Source: Minisyncoccota bacterium (GTDB lineage: Bacteria; Patescibacteriota; Minisyncoccia; Phycocordibacterales; JACRKE01). From it: DNA of 64,000 bases. The stretch covers positions 115,979 to 179,978 of the forward strand of contig JBAZWG010000001.1 in NCBI GenBank assembly GCA_041660505.1. The letters are read 5' to 3'. Position numbers and translations under genes: made by a program. Below, piece by piece: positions 1 to 9,299 of this stretch. The notes beneath the pieces are model-generated. The model was not told where the DNA came from. It did no database searches and worked only from the letters and a program-made list of their open reading frames with translations. Positions within the stretch are counted from its first letter, which is position 1, and every line of letters starts with the position of its first letter.

Positions 1-973
1 CCGGCGTTTCTATCGTGGCAGGGTCTTCCTCCACAGCCTCCTCGAGCGATTCTGCAAGCTTGTCTTCCTGTTTGTCTGCACCCAAGAAGTGATCGGGGTG
101 ATCGAACTTGAGCACTCCGCCAAAATGTTTTTCTAGTGATGTATTTACGAGATCTAAGAAATTGCGTAGGTCGTTGGTAGAAAAGTAATCGATAGTAACT
201 CTCCCGCCGAAATCTTTTGCTTCTATCTGCACGCGTGTACCAAGCTTCTCGGTGAGTCTCTCTTCCAGATCAAGCAATTCTGGATTGTTCACATATTCTT
301 TCTTGCGCGCTTTATCATAAGCAATTTTACGCGAGATGCGTTCTGCCTCGCGCACAGAAAGGCGTTTGACGATAATCTCCTTAAATAGCGTCATCTGCTC
401 TTCCGGCCTGTCGCCCAACATGAGGAGTGGCCGTGTGTGACCCTCATTAATCTTGCCGTCGCGCAAGGCCTGCTTCATCTCGTCGGGAAGCATCAAGAGG
501 CGAATAGTGTTCGATACATATTCTCGGCTCTTACCGATCTTCTTTGCAATCTCGATATGCTTAAGGCCGAACTCGCGGCAGAGTTTGTCAAAAGCCATTG
601 CCCTATCGAGGGCGCTGATGTCCTCGCGTTGGAGATTCTCAATAATAGCGAGCTCTAGTTTGATTTTGTCAGATTCCGCGTCGGCTTTAATAATGACCGG
701 GACCTGTGTGACGCCGGCGATCTTGGAAGCACGCAGACGGCGCTCCCCCGCGATGAGCTCATATTCGGTACTCAAACCATCTTCGTTAAAAATTTCTTTA
801 CGCGTAACCGTAAGCGGCTGCAATATGCCGTAAGCACGGATAGAGTCGGCCATATCCTTAAGCCGCGCTTCGTCGAACTCCCTGCGTGGCTGGAAAGGAT
901 TCGGCCGGATCTTGTTGACATCCACCCAGAATATAGAGTTCCCGAGAAATGGATTTTGTACTTCTTCTGCCAT
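1..973 (-). CDS. parB: Chromosome partitioning protein ParB (Spo0J). The C-terminal end runs off the window start
   Basis: Reverse-strand ORF starting at ATG (rc) 971-973. Translation MAEEVQNPFLGNSIFWVDVNKIRPNPFQPRREFDE...GLSTEYELIAGERRLRASKIAG carries the canonical ParB box and HTH region. Not in the ORF track, presumably because it is open-ended. Confidence 0.8.
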   Translation of the reverse strand, partial: MAEEVQNPFLGNSIFWVDVNKIRPNPFQPRREFDEARLKDMADSIRAYGILQPLTVTRKEIFNEDGLSTEYELIAGERRLRASKIAGVTQVPVIIKADAESDKIKLELAIIENLQREDISALDRAMAFDKLCREFGLKHIEIAKKIGKSREYVSNTIRLLMLPDEMKQALRDGKINEGHTRPLLMLGDRPEEQMTLFKEIIVKRLSVREAERISRKIAYDKARKKEYVNNPELLDLEERLTEKLGTRVQIEAKDFGGRVTIDYFSTNDLRNFLDLVNTSLEKHFGGVLKFDHPDHFLGADKQEDKLAESLEEAVEEDPATIETP

Positions 974-1026
974 AGTGAGACTAATTATACACAAATCATC
1001 TTTTTTCTGCTAGTATTATCCAACAA

Positions 1027-1112
1027 GCCGGGGTGGCGTAATGGTAGCCGCACACGACTCAAAATCGTGTATCCGCAAGGGTGTGGGAGTTCGAGTCTCC
1101 CCCCCGGCACCA
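1027..1112 (+). tRNA. tRNA-Leu (anticodon CAA), type II with long variable arm, CCA encoded
   Basis: GCCGGGG acceptor pairs with CCCCGGC. Anticodon loop is CTCAAAA. Long variable arm and T-loop GTTCGAGTC are present. Confidence 0.85.
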
Positions 1113-1117
1113 GAATC

Positions 1118-1330
1118 ATGACAGAATTACTAATTCCTCAAGAGATTATACCGGAATCTGTTCGACAAGATATTGAGCGGGAATTTCCTGAATTTTCCGG
1201 CGCAAAAATCGAGTATACCGGTAAGCCGCATCTATATAAAGCTTACCAGAGAACTTCCATGAAATATACCGTGCGTATTTCCAAGGATTGTGACAAGTTT
1301 ATTCAATTAGTTAATTTTTATAAGAACTAA
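1118..1330 (+). CDS. Small hypothetical protein (70 aa). The annotated upstream part of ORF 956..1330 overlaps the tRNA and is discounted
   Basis: ATG at 1118 immediately after tRNA-Leu. AT-rich. No recognisable domain. Confidence 0.3.
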   Translation: MTELLIPQEIIPESVRQDIEREFPEFSGAKIEYTGKPHLYKAYQRTSMKYTVRISKDCDKFIQLVNFYKN

Positions 1331-1337
1331 AAATTAT

Positions 1338-1772
1338 ATGGAAAATCTACCGACTGAATCTAAAGATATCGCAAATGAAAGTTATCGAAAAAATGCAGAT
1401 GCTTCAATCGAAAAAACGGGTCTGCATGCTGACGCTTTCAACGCATGGATGGGCATCATGCAGTTTTCAAGAAATCAGAATCCAGACGACAATGCAATAA
1501 AATCGCTAAGAACATACTTCCCCATTCCCAAATACGGAGAACGTTATGGAGTTTATTTAAACGACGACGGTACGGTGAACGAACGACAGTCCTCATTAAA
1601 TCTTTACATCAGAAATAGCAGTAATCCTGAAAAGGTTCGAGAATATAATGATCTCGCCGATGAAGTAAATGCTGATCTCGAGCGCATGATTATGGAGAAG
1701 GACACACGTAAAGCTGCAGAATATTTTCAAAAAATCCACAAGCTACTCTATGGACGGGAGTATGCAAGATAA
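1338..1772 (+). CDS. Hypothetical protein (144 aa)
   Basis: Clean ORF, AT-rich, overlaps the miaA start by about 23 nt. No recognisable motif. Confidence 0.4.
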   Translation: MENLPTESKDIANESYRKNADASIEKTGLHADAFNAWMGIMQFSRNQNPDDNAIKSLRTYFPIPKYGERYGVYLNDDGTVNERQSSLNLYIRNSSNPEKVREYNDLADEVNADLERMIMEKDTRKAAEYFQKIHKLLYGREYAR

Positions 1773-2667
1773 ACTTCTAGTAGTCCTCGGTCCGACAGCG
1801 ACCGGTAAATCCGCTCTCGCTGTTTCGCTCGCCCTCAAATTCAACGGTGAGGTTATTTCGGCCGACTCGCGGCAGGTTTACTGCAGAATGGATATTGGCA
1901 CGGGCAAGATTACTCATGACGAGATGCGAGGCGTAAAACATCATTTGCTTGATGTTGCAGAACCTGACGAAAATTTTAGCGTTGCCACTTATCAAGAACT
2001 TGCGAGGGCTGCAATTACTGATATTCAATCCCTTGGGAAGTTGCCGATACTTTGCGGCGGGACGGGATTATACATTAAGGCAATAACACAGAACAGCTCC
2101 CTGCCGAAGGTGCCGCCGAATTTTGAACTGCGAGAAGAGCTCGAGACCTGGGATACTGCAGATATGGTAGTAGAGCTCGAAAAACTAGACCCCAACCGCG
2201 CCGAGAATATTGATAAAAATAACCGCCGCCGACTTGTGCGGGCGATAGAAATTGCGCGTGCAATCGGCGAGGTGCCAGAACTCATAGAATCCTCTGCATA
2301 TGACACTCTATATATAGGCCTGCAAGTGCACGGCCCGATTTTAAAAAAGCGCATTCATGATCGCCTCATTGCGCGTATGGATGCGAGGATGATCGAAGAG
2401 GTTGAGAGCCTTCACACATCAGGCGTCAGCTGGAAAAAGCTTGAGTCGTTCGGCCTGGAATATAAATACGTCTCGTTATTTTTACAACACACACTAAATA
2501 GAGAGCAGATGATAATAAAGCTTGAATCAGAGATCTGGCAATACGCCAAACGTCAGATGACGTGGTTTAAAAAGTACGCGCCTGATACGAAATGGTTCAA
2601 TCCGGAAGATCGTGAAGAAATCGAGGAAATAGTCTCGCATTGGGTTTCCCTATCTCCCAACTCCTAA
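1750..2667 (+). CDS. miaA: tRNA dimethylallyltransferase MiaA
   Basis: N-terminal P-loop LLVVLGPTATGKSALAVSLA, followed by ISADSRQVYxxMDIGTGK, which is the classic MiaA signature. Confidence 0.9.
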   Translation: MDGSMQDKLLVVLGPTATGKSALAVSLALKFNGEVISADSRQVYCRMDIGTGKITHDEMRGVKHHLLDVAEPDENFSVATYQELARAAITDIQSLGKLPILCGGTGLYIKAITQNSSLPKVPPNFELREELETWDTADMVVELEKLDPNRAENIDKNNRRRLVRAIEIARAIGEVPELIESSAYDTLYIGLQVHGPILKKRIHDRLIARMDARMIEEVESLHTSGVSWKKLESFGLEYKYVSLFLQHTLNREQMIIKLESEIWQYAKRQMTWFKKYAPDTKWFNPEDREEIEEIVSHWVSLSPNS

Positions 2668-2867
2668 CTCCTATCTCCCAACTCCTTCTTCACTTCCTCG
2701 AATTCATTCTCGACATCTTTGAGTCTCGATTTGAGATCTTTGATTAATACGGCAGCCGTCTTCACTTTCTCGAGTCCGGCCTCTACGTCTATATCCTTCT
2801 GCTCCTCGAACCAGCTCGAAATCTTCTCAAGCTTATCAAGTGATTCTTTTATATTCTGCTTTTTCAT
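2664..2867 (-). CDS. xseB: Exodeoxyribonuclease VII small subunit XseB
   Basis: 67-aa helical acidic protein immediately downstream of, and overlapping, xseA. Typical xseAB operon. Confidence 0.75.
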   Translation of the reverse strand: MKKQNIKESLDKLEKISSWFEEQKDIDVEAGLEKVKTAAVLIKDLKSRLKDVENEFEEVKKELGDRS

Positions 2868-3982
2868 ATTTTTATAACTTTACTGATAATTTCCCCGTCA
2901 CCAAGTTCTATATTTAATTCCGCGCCAAGTTTAGCTTGCTTAACACTCTTTAGCACCTTTCCCCCGCTCCTCACTATACTATATCCCAGCCTCAAATTCC
3001 TGGCCGGGTCAAGCAGTGTCACGAGCTGCGCGCATCTCTTTAATTCTGTCTGCGCATCTTCTAGCATCTGGCTAAATTGCGCGGAGATAACTTTTCCCAG
3101 ACCTGTTACAGATTCTTTAATTCTACTCATATCCAAATAAGCAAGCGTGTTGCGTTCATATATTGGCAGTAAACTTTCAAGCCTGTTCCATGACTCGTTC
3201 ACAGCATGTGCGGCGCCGGTCGGCGTCGACTCTTCTCTATCCGCCACGAGCGAGGCAATAGGCACATCCACATCATGACCGATACCGGCGATTATAGGAA
3301 TGTTCGAGGCGAATATCGCCCGCGCCACAGCTTCGTTATTAAATGCCTGCATACTCTCGAGACTCCCACCACCTCTGATTATTACCAGTATATCAAGATT
3401 GTACTTTTTATTTTGAAGCTCGTGTATCGCCTCTACAATTTGGCCGACAGCATCGGCGCCCTCGACTCGCGCATCTTTAAAAATAATCTTATATCCGCGC
3501 TTATCGAGATTCTGTTTGAAGTCATGAATAACCACACCATGCTTCGACGATATAACTCCAATGCGCTCGATAAATTCCGGTAGTTCGCGCTTGCGGGTAA
3601 ATAGTCCTTCTTCTCTTAATTTTTTGACGAGCAATTCATACGCTTTTTTTAGCGAGCCCTCGCCCAAGGGTTCTATCGTCTCTACCCAGAAGCCAAACGA
3701 ACCATACGCTTTATTTATACTCGGAGAACCGGAGATCTTTATTTCCATGCCGTCTTCGATCTGTACGCCGATCTGATTATAGAGCCAGGCGCCCATCACG
3801 CATTTGAGCAGAGAATTATCATCTTTGTCTTTAAGCGAGAATGATATCCACTTCCCCTTCTTAAAGTCGGTCACTTCGCCCCTGACCAGTGCCTTGTCGT
3901 GCTTCAATACATAGTTGACCGCATCCAAGAACTCACTGACGGTAAATAATGGCTGTGCGGGGTTGTTTTCGTCGAGTTCCAT
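2864..3982 (-). CDS. xseA: Exodeoxyribonuclease VII large subunit XseA
   Basis: N-terminal OB-fold region, central IIRGGGSLE motif, C-terminal coiled region. Confidence 0.9.
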   Translation of the reverse strand: MELDENNPAQPLFTVSEFLDAVNYVLKHDKALVRGEVTDFKKGKWISFSLKDKDDNSLLKCVMGAWLYNQIGVQIEDGMEIKISGSPSINKAYGSFGFWVETIEPLGEGSLKKAYELLVKKLREEGLFTRKRELPEFIERIGVISSKHGVVIHDFKQNLDKRGYKIIFKDARVEGADAVGQIVEAIHELQNKKYNLDILVIIRGGGSLESMQAFNNEAVARAIFASNIPIIAGIGHDVDVPIASLVADREESTPTGAAHAVNESWNRLESLLPIYERNTLAYLDMSRIKESVTGLGKVISAQFSQMLEDAQTELKRCAQLVTLLDPARNLRLGYSIVRSGGKVLKSVKQAKLGAELNIELGDGEIISKVIKI

Positions 3983-4075
3983 GGGTTAAGCTTACCACCT
4001 GTGACAAAAGTTGCCAAACGACGTATTTTGTAGTATCATCTAATAACTAAAAACTACCAACTAAAAACTATCCCA

Positions 4076-4234
4076 ATGTCCCAAGACCGACTTTTCAAAT
4101 TAGCCTGCAAGACGTGCAAGCACGAGAACTACTTTACGTCCAAGAATAAGAAGAAAGTTGAACGCAAAATTGAGCTCAAGAAGTTTTGCAAGTGGTGCAA
4201 GAAGCAGACCCCGCATAAAGAAAAGAAAATCTAG
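4076..4234 (+). CDS. rpmG: 50S ribosomal protein L33 (bL33), 52 aa. Below the ORF-track length cutoff
   Basis: Translation MSQDRLFKLACKTCKHENYFTSKNKKKVERKIELKKFCKWCKKQTPHKEKKI has the CxxC...CxxC zinc ribbon and the KNK...LELKKYC pattern of bL33. Confidence 0.8.
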   Translation: MSQDRLFKLACKTCKHENYFTSKNKKKVERKIELKKFCKWCKKQTPHKEKKI

Positions 4235-4244
4235 CTCGATTTTC

Positions 4245-4280
4245 GAGGTTCGACCTTAAGCACAAAAAAGGTCGAACCTC
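4245..4280 (+). terminator. Hairpin after rpmG, built from two copies of the 13-bp palindrome (GAGGTTCGACC...GGTCGAACCTC)
   Basis: 11-bp perfect stem with A-rich loop. No strong U-tract. Confidence 0.4.
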
Positions 4281-4345
4281 TGGAATGGTTTCGCATTCTC
4301 TGGTATAGTTAAAAGCGCCGAAAGGCGCTTTGGTGTTTAAATCTT

Positions 4346-4418
4346 GGGGGATTAGTTTAGTGGCAGAACAAGCGTCTCCAAAACGCTAGGCGAAGTTTCG
4401 ATTACTTCATCCCCCGCC
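4346..4418 (+). tRNA. tRNA-Trp (anticodon CCA)
   Basis: GGGGGAT acceptor pairs with ATCCCCC. Anticodon loop CTCCAAA. T-arm GAAGT-TTCGATT-ACTTC. Confidence 0.8.
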
Positions 4419-4429
4419 CTCGAAATTTT

Positions 4430-5434
4430 ATGTTAACCCCGACTAATTGGAAAGATTATGAGCTCATCGACTCCGGTGACGGAATGAAGCTGGAGCGTTG
4501 GGGCAAGTATGTTCTGGCACGGCCTGACCCACAGACTCTATGGCAGAAGGAGCGGCCGGAACTTTGGAATACTGCGGTGGGAGTTTATACGCGTAGTACC
4601 TCCGGTGGCGGCTCTTGGAGGTTTACAAAGGAACTGCCCGAGCGATGGAAGATTTCGTACAAACTAGAAGGCGAGGCCTTCTTGATGCCCAAGGCCTCGC
4701 CTTCTAGTTTGAGTTTCTGGGTGCGCCCGACAGACTTTAAACATACCGGATTATTTCCGGAACAGGCAGTGAATTGGGGCTGGCTGCGCGACACAATAGG
4801 AGCTAGGAGTTTGGAGTTAGGAGTTGGGGCAGAGAAAATTTCCGTGCTTAATCTCTTTGCCTATACGGGGGCGGCAACAGTCGCCTGTGCTTCGGCAGGT
4901 GCTAGGGTGACACACGTGGATGCTTCCAAGGGCGTCGTGACCTGGGCGCGCGAGAACTTAGAGTTAAACCAAGCCTCACCCCTAACCCCTCCCCGAAAGG
5001 GAAGGGAAACTCTCAAGAATCCCCCCTCTCCTTCGGAGAGGGGGCAAGGGGGTGAGGTGAGTGTGCGCTGGATCGTTGATGATGTCTTCAAATTCGTGGA
5101 GCGTGAGGCAAAGCGCGGTGTCAAATACGACGGCATTATTATGGACCCACCATCCTACGGTCGTGGTACCAAGGGAGAGACATGGAAGATAGAGAAAATG
5201 CTCTGGCCACTCGTCAAAGAGTGCGTCACCGTACTTTCTGATAAGCCTCTGTTCTTTTTAATTAACTCATACACATCAGGACTACCCGCAACAGTCATGA
5301 GCAACTTACTTGAGAGCGCGATGAAAGGCAAGGGTGGTAGTGTTCATTCCGAGGAGCTCGGCTTAAAAGGCTCTGCAACGGGAAGAATTTTACCGGCTGG
5401 AGTGACCGCAAGATGGCAGCAAAAGTCCTCGTAG
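4430..5434 (+). CDS. Class I SAM-dependent RNA methyltransferase (RlmI/YccW-like) carrying an in-frame ~84-bp palindromic-element insertion (4974-5057)
   Basis: LNLFAYTGAATVACASAGA...THVDAS SAM-binding motif and IIMDPPSYGRG (DPPxY) motif. The insert encodes SPLTPPRKGRETLKNPPSPSERGQGGEVS. The 3' end overlaps tRNA-Arg by about 10 nt. Confidence 0.7.
   Translation: MLTPTNWKDYELIDSGDGMKLERWGKYVLARPDPQTLWQKERPELWNTAVGVYTRSTSGGGSWRFTKELPERWKISYKLEGEAFLMPKASPSSLSFWVRPTDFKHTGLFPEQAVNWGWLRDTIGARSLELGVGAEKISVLNLFAYTGAATVACASAGARVTHVDASKGVVTWARENLELNQASPLTPPRKGRETLKNPPSPSERGQGGEVSVRWIVDDVFKFVEREAKRGVKYDGIIMDPPSYGRGTKGETWKIEKMLWPLVKECVTVLSDKPLFFLINSYTSGLPATVMSNLLESAMKGKGGSVHSEELGLKGSATGRILPAGVTARWQQKSS
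4974..5057. repeat. Palindromic element family B, copy 1 (inside the RlmI-like gene). 84 bp, a multiple of 3
   Basis: CCTCACCCC...CCCCTCCCCGAAAGGGAAGGG...CCCCCTCTCC-TTCG-GAGAGGGGG-CAAGGGGGTGAGG. The outer arms are complementary. Confidence 0.7.
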
Positions 5435-5496
5435 TCTAATGGATAGAATACTCCCCTCCGAAGGGAGTGATGTGGGTTCGATTCCCGCCGAGGACA
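5425..5496 (+). tRNA. tRNA-Arg (anticodon CCG)
   Basis: GTCCTCG acceptor pairs with CGAGGAC. Anticodon stem CTCCC/GGGAG with loop CTCCGAA. T-loop GGTTCGATTCC. Confidence 0.8.
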
Positions 5497-5498
5497 TA

Positions 5499-5990
5499 TC
5501 AAAGCTTTTTGACGTAAGCAGAAAACTTTTTTTCAGTTCCAGAAACTAGTACAAGTTCATCTGGTTTTTTACCAAGATCGCCCGACGAAAGCTTAAGAAA
5601 AACTCCGTTTGGCTTCAGAACGCGAAAAATTTCACTAAGCATTTCTTCCTGATTCTGATTATATAATCCTTGATGAAAAACGCCGGCCGCAATAATGACG
5701 TCAAAAGAATTTTCAATAAACGGCAGTCTCTCAATTCTTGCTTCTACTATGCCGGCCTTGTTTTCTCCTCGCGAACGTATTTCTACGCCAAATGCATCTA
5801 TACCGTGGCTTCTTAAATCTGAAACCATGGTGCCATCACCCGATCCGACATCAAGAACTTTTGATTTTGATAAGTCTATCTCTGGTAAACCGAATTTCTC
5901 AAGCCAATGATTAATTTCTTCGTAACGCCACGTGAACGCATCCTCAGCAGCATTCGGCACTCTCACTATGTCTCGTGGCGAACCTTCCAT
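5499..5990 (-). CDS. Small class I SAM-dependent methyltransferase
   Basis: VLDVGSGDG motif I, acidic motif II and FDVIIAAGVFH motif. 163 aa. Confidence 0.6.
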   Translation of the reverse strand: MEGSPRDIVRVPNAAEDAFTWRYEEINHWLEKFGLPEIDLSKSKVLDVGSGDGTMVSDLRSHGIDAFGVEIRSRGENKAGIVEARIERLPFIENSFDVIIAAGVFHQGLYNQNQEEMLSEIFRVLKPNGVFLKLSSGDLGKKPDELVLVSGTEKKFSAYVKKL

Positions 5991-6082
5991 AGTAAATACT
6001 ATATCACAATAAAATCGATAACACCAAACAAGCTTTGCTAAAATTTACAGAGTGGCCACCAGAAAACATCGACTAAACTTTA

Positions 6083-6166
6083 TGCGTAGGGAAGGATTCG
6101 AACCTTCGTAGCCCATAGGGCGAGAGATTTACAGTCTCTTGCATTTGACCGCTCTGCCACCTACGC
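6083..6166 (-). tRNA. tRNA-Tyr (anticodon GTA), type II
   Basis: Reverse complement gives GCGTAGG...CCTACGC acceptor, anticodon loop CTGTAAA, long variable arm and T-arm GAAGG-TTCGAAT-CCTTC. Confidence 0.85.
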
Positions 6167-6209
6167 GAGACCAATATACTAACAAATTTTTCTGGCTTTG
6201 TCTTGCTAC

Positions 6210-6497
6210 TTATTTGTTCCCTTCGTTTCGTATCTCGCGTATATCTCTCTTGACGACTTCTGCCACGTCTCCGCCGATTTTAAGACCATTTTTGAGTCCG
6301 GCCTTAAACAGTCTGACTCCTTCCTTGCCGGCCTTCTTGGCGGCCACTTCAAACTCTGCTTGATATTTCTTGCGTTCCGGTTCTGACGCCTTCCATTTTT
6401 TCTGGATTACCTTCGCTGCTTTGTTTGCTTCTTTACCTGCTTTTTTGGCGACGGAACGTATTTTCTTGATTACTTTTTTGCCTTTTGTGTTTTTCAT
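6210..6497 (-). CDS. Lysine-rich basic protein (histone H1-like / nucleic-acid-binding, putative)
   Basis: About 95 aa with roughly 30% Lys/Ala (KKVIKKIRSVAKKAGKEANKAAKVIQKKWK...). Immediately downstream of clpB on the same strand. Could still be a low-complexity artefact. Confidence 0.35.
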   Translation of the reverse strand: MKNTKGKKVIKKIRSVAKKAGKEANKAAKVIQKKWKASEPERKKYQAEFEVAAKKAGKEGVRLFKAGLKNGLKIGGDVAEVVKRDIREIRNEGNK

Positions 6498-6520
6498 GTT
6501 CTTTTTGTTATTACACATTA

Positions 6521-9220
6521 TTATTTTCTTTGTGTCGCGCGCTTCGATTGAATTGGCGACAGTTGAGACGCCTTCATCTCTTTGGCCAGGGTTACGACGA
6601 TCTTGCCGTCTTGCTCGTCTACAAACACGGTTCCCCCGCCGACCAGTTGCTTCTTGATTATGAATTCGGAAATGGGATTGAGAATACTGCTTTGGATGGC
6701 GCGCTTAAGCGGACGTACGCCATAATTCGGGTCGTAACCCTTCTCTGCGAGCGTGGTGACAGCCTTGTCTGACATTTTTATAATAATATTCTGCACAGCC
6801 AAACGTTTCTCGGTAAATGCCATCTGCACGCGCACGATATCTTTGATCGTATTAAGCGAGAGTTTATTGAAGATAATTATCTCATCGAGACGATTTAGGA
6901 ATTCGGGGCGGAAGTGTTCCTTAAGCGAGAGCATTACGCGATCCTTCTGCGCATCATCTACGCCGTCAGAAGTAATATTGCCAAAGCCGATAGTCGGCAG
7001 ACGGTTTAGGAATTCCGAACCGAGATTCGAGGTCAGAATGATTATTGTGTTCTTGAAGTTGACGAAGCGCCCCTTGGAGTCCGTGAGCCTGCCGTTATCC
7101 AAAACTTGGAGAAGAATATTAAATACCTCCGGATGTGCCTTCTCGATCTCATCGAAAAGTACAATAGAATACGGCCGGTGACGCACCGCCTCGGTGAGTG
7201 TCCCCGACTCTTCATAACCCACATAGCCCGGGGGCGAGCCGATAAGCTTCGACACGGAATGGCGCTCCATATACTCCGACATGTCGACACGAATAATTGC
7301 CTTCTCGTCGTTGAACATAAAGTCGGCAAGTGATTTGGCCAGTTCTGTTTTACCAACGCCCGTCGGACCAAGGAAGATGAATGACCCTATCGGTCTGTCC
7401 GGATCGCCGATGCCAGCGCGCGAACGTTTAATCGACTCTGATATTTTTTTGATAGCCTCGTCCTGGCCGATAACACGTTTACGCAGCTCATCCTCTATTC
7501 TGGAGAGCTTCTCGCTTTCTGCCTCAAGCATTCGCTGAACCGGTATCCCTGTCCAACGCGAGACCACGGCCGAAACGTCTTCCTCGCGGATCTCTTCCTT
7601 AAGAACGCGAGTGTCCGACTTTATGAGTTTGAGCTGTTCTTCTTGGATATGCAACTCTTTCTCCTTTGCTGGGATTTTGCCGTAACGAATCTCCGCAGCC
7701 TTGGTCAGGTCAGACTTCATCTCCGCAGCCTCGGCTTCCAGGCGGAGCGACTCGAGTTCCTTGCGAATGGCGCGAATGAGGAGAAGGTTGTCGTGCTCCT
7801 TCTGCCAGCGCGTTTGGAGCTCGGCTGTTGCGTCTTTTTGCGCTTTGATATCCCTCTCGATAACTTTAATGCGTTTCTTGGCCTCTTTGCTCGCGTCTTT
7901 GTTGTCTATTGCGGTCGCTTCTTTGGTCAGCGCTTCTTTCTCTATCTCGAGCCGCATCACCTTACGGTCGGTATCAGAGAGCAAGGCAGGCTTGTCTTCA
8001 AGTTGTAAGCGAATAGATGCGGCCGCCTCGTCAATAAGGTCAATGGCTTTATCAGGCAAGTATCTATCAGTAATATACCTGCTCGAGAGTTCAACTGCGG
8101 CTACAAGCGCTTCGTCGGTTATACGAACGCCATGATGCAACTCGTACTTTTCTTTAAGTCCGCGCAAGATGGAAACCGCGTCTTCTTGGGACGGTTCGCC
8201 TACATAAACCGGCTGGAAGCGCCGTGCCAATGCCGGATCACGTTCGATATACTTCTGATATTCTTTAAGCGTCGTGGCGCCAATCACACGGAGCTCGCCG
8301 CGCGCTAGCGCCGGCTTGAGCATGTTAGATGCGTCCATCGAGCCTTCAGCGGCGCCGGCGCCAACCAAAGTATGTATCTCGTCAACAAAGAGAATTATCT
8401 TCCCGGCCGCCTTCTCCACCTCTTTAATAACACCCTTTAGGCGCTCTTCGAATTCGCCACGATATTTACTGCCGGCAACGAGCAAGCCCAAGTCGAGCGA
8501 AATTATCTCTTTATCCTTCAGTAAATTCGGAATGTCGCCCTTGGCAATTCTATTGGCTAGACCTTCCGCCACAGCCGTTTTGCCGGTACCTGCCTCGCCG
8601 ATTAGTATTGGATTATTTTTCGTTCGGCGCGAGAGGATTTCCATGATCCTGCGCGTCTCCTCATCTCGGCCGATTACCGGGTCGAGCTTGTCTTGAGCGG
8701 CGAGGCGCGTCAGATTGCGCGCATATTTCTCGAGCAGTTTGTTTTTCTTGGTCGGTGAAGTGGCATCGGTTATTTTGGTCTGTTTGAGTTCGTTTACGAC
8801 ACGGTAGGCATCTTCTTTTTGTATTCTGAAACGCGAGAGCAGTTCCTTAGCCTGGCTCGGGATTTCAAGAAGGGCGAGGAATAAATGTTCGAGACCGATA
8901 AAATCATCTTTAAGATATGCGGCAATTTTGCCGGCGGCATCCAACACTCTTACCAATTCCGGAGTCAAATATATTTGGTATGCGGGCGATACGGTTGTGG
9001 CTGTCTCTGGCGACTCCATCGCCTCCATTACATGGTCGCCGAACAAGAGCGGGTCAACGCCCAACTTCTCAATTAGTGCGAAGATGAACGGATCTTCTTG
9101 CGTTACGATAGAAGCCAACAGATGAATAGGCGCAACCTGGTTCTGCCCGCGTTCAATAATAACCTCGTGAGCCTTACGGATCGCCTCCTTGGCTTTAGTT
9201 GTGAAATTCCCAAATGGCAT
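6521..9220 (-). CDS. clpB: Chaperone ClpB (AAA+ disaggregase)
   Basis: 899 aa. N-domain, two AAA+ modules ([30 protein letters not shown]) and an M-domain coiled coil between them. Confidence 0.95.
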   Translation of the reverse strand: MPFGNFTTKAKEAIRKAHEVIIERGQNQVAPIHLLASIVTQEDPFIFALIEKLGVDPLLFGDHVMEAMESPETATTVSPAYQIYLTPELVRVLDAAGKIAAYLKDDFIGLEHLFLALLEIPSQAKELLSRFRIQKEDAYRVVNELKQTKITDATSPTKKNKLLEKYARNLTRLAAQDKLDPVIGRDEETRRIMEILSRRTKNNPILIGEAGTGKTAVAEGLANRIAKGDIPNLLKDKEIISLDLGLLVAGSKYRGEFEERLKGVIKEVEKAAGKIILFVDEIHTLVGAGAAEGSMDASNMLKPALARGELRVIGATTLKEYQKYIERDPALARRFQPVYVGEPSQEDAVSILRGLKEKYELHHGVRITDEALVAAVELSSRYITDRYLPDKAIDLIDEAAASIRLQLEDKPALLSDTDRKVMRLEIEKEALTKEATAIDNKDASKEAKKRIKVIERDIKAQKDATAELQTRWQKEHDNLLLIRAIRKELESLRLEAEAAEMKSDLTKAAEIRYGKIPAKEKELHIQEEQLKLIKSDTRVLKEEIREEDVSAVVSRWTGIPVQRMLEAESEKLSRIEDELRKRVIGQDEAIKKISESIKRSRAGIGDPDRPIGSFIFLGPTGVGKTELAKSLADFMFNDEKAIIRVDMSEYMERHSVSKLIGSPPGYVGYEESGTLTEAVRHRPYSIVLFDEIEKAHPEVFNILLQVLDNGRLTDSKGRFVNFKNTIIILTSNLGSEFLNRLPTIGFGNITSDGVDDAQKDRVMLSLKEHFRPEFLNRLDEIIIFNKLSLNTIKDIVRVQMAFTEKRLAVQNIIIKMSDKAVTTLAEKGYDPNYGVRPLKRAIQSSILNPISEFIIKKQLVGGGTVFVDEQDGKIVVTLAKEMKASQLSPIQSKRATQRK

Positions 9221-9230
9221 AATCGTGGGT

Positions 9231-9272
9231 GCCGAGGTTCAACCTTGAGCATCTTAAAGGTTGAACCTCGGC
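9231..9272 (-). terminator. Bidirectional hairpin (GCCGAGGTTCAACCTT...AAGGTTGAACCTCGGC) between the 9300..10229 gene end and the clpB start
   Basis: 15-bp stem made of two 13-bp palindrome copies. Located 3' of the minus-strand gene ending at 9300. Confidence 0.4.
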
Positions 9273-9299
9273 AGTCATTAATTGCTCAAACAATCTATT

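Noticed and set aside
956-1117. 5' part of ORF 956..1330 overlapping tRNA-Leu(CAA)
   Set aside because: It runs straight through a well-formed tRNA gene. Only the part after the tRNA (from ATG 1118) is kept, as a low-confidence small ORF.
7701-8696. Several 120-145-aa plus-strand ORFs inside clpB (7701..8135, 8274..8696 and others)
   Set aside because: Antisense to a confidently identified 899-aa ClpB gene. Ser/Arg-rich low-complexity translations typical of spurious antisense frames.
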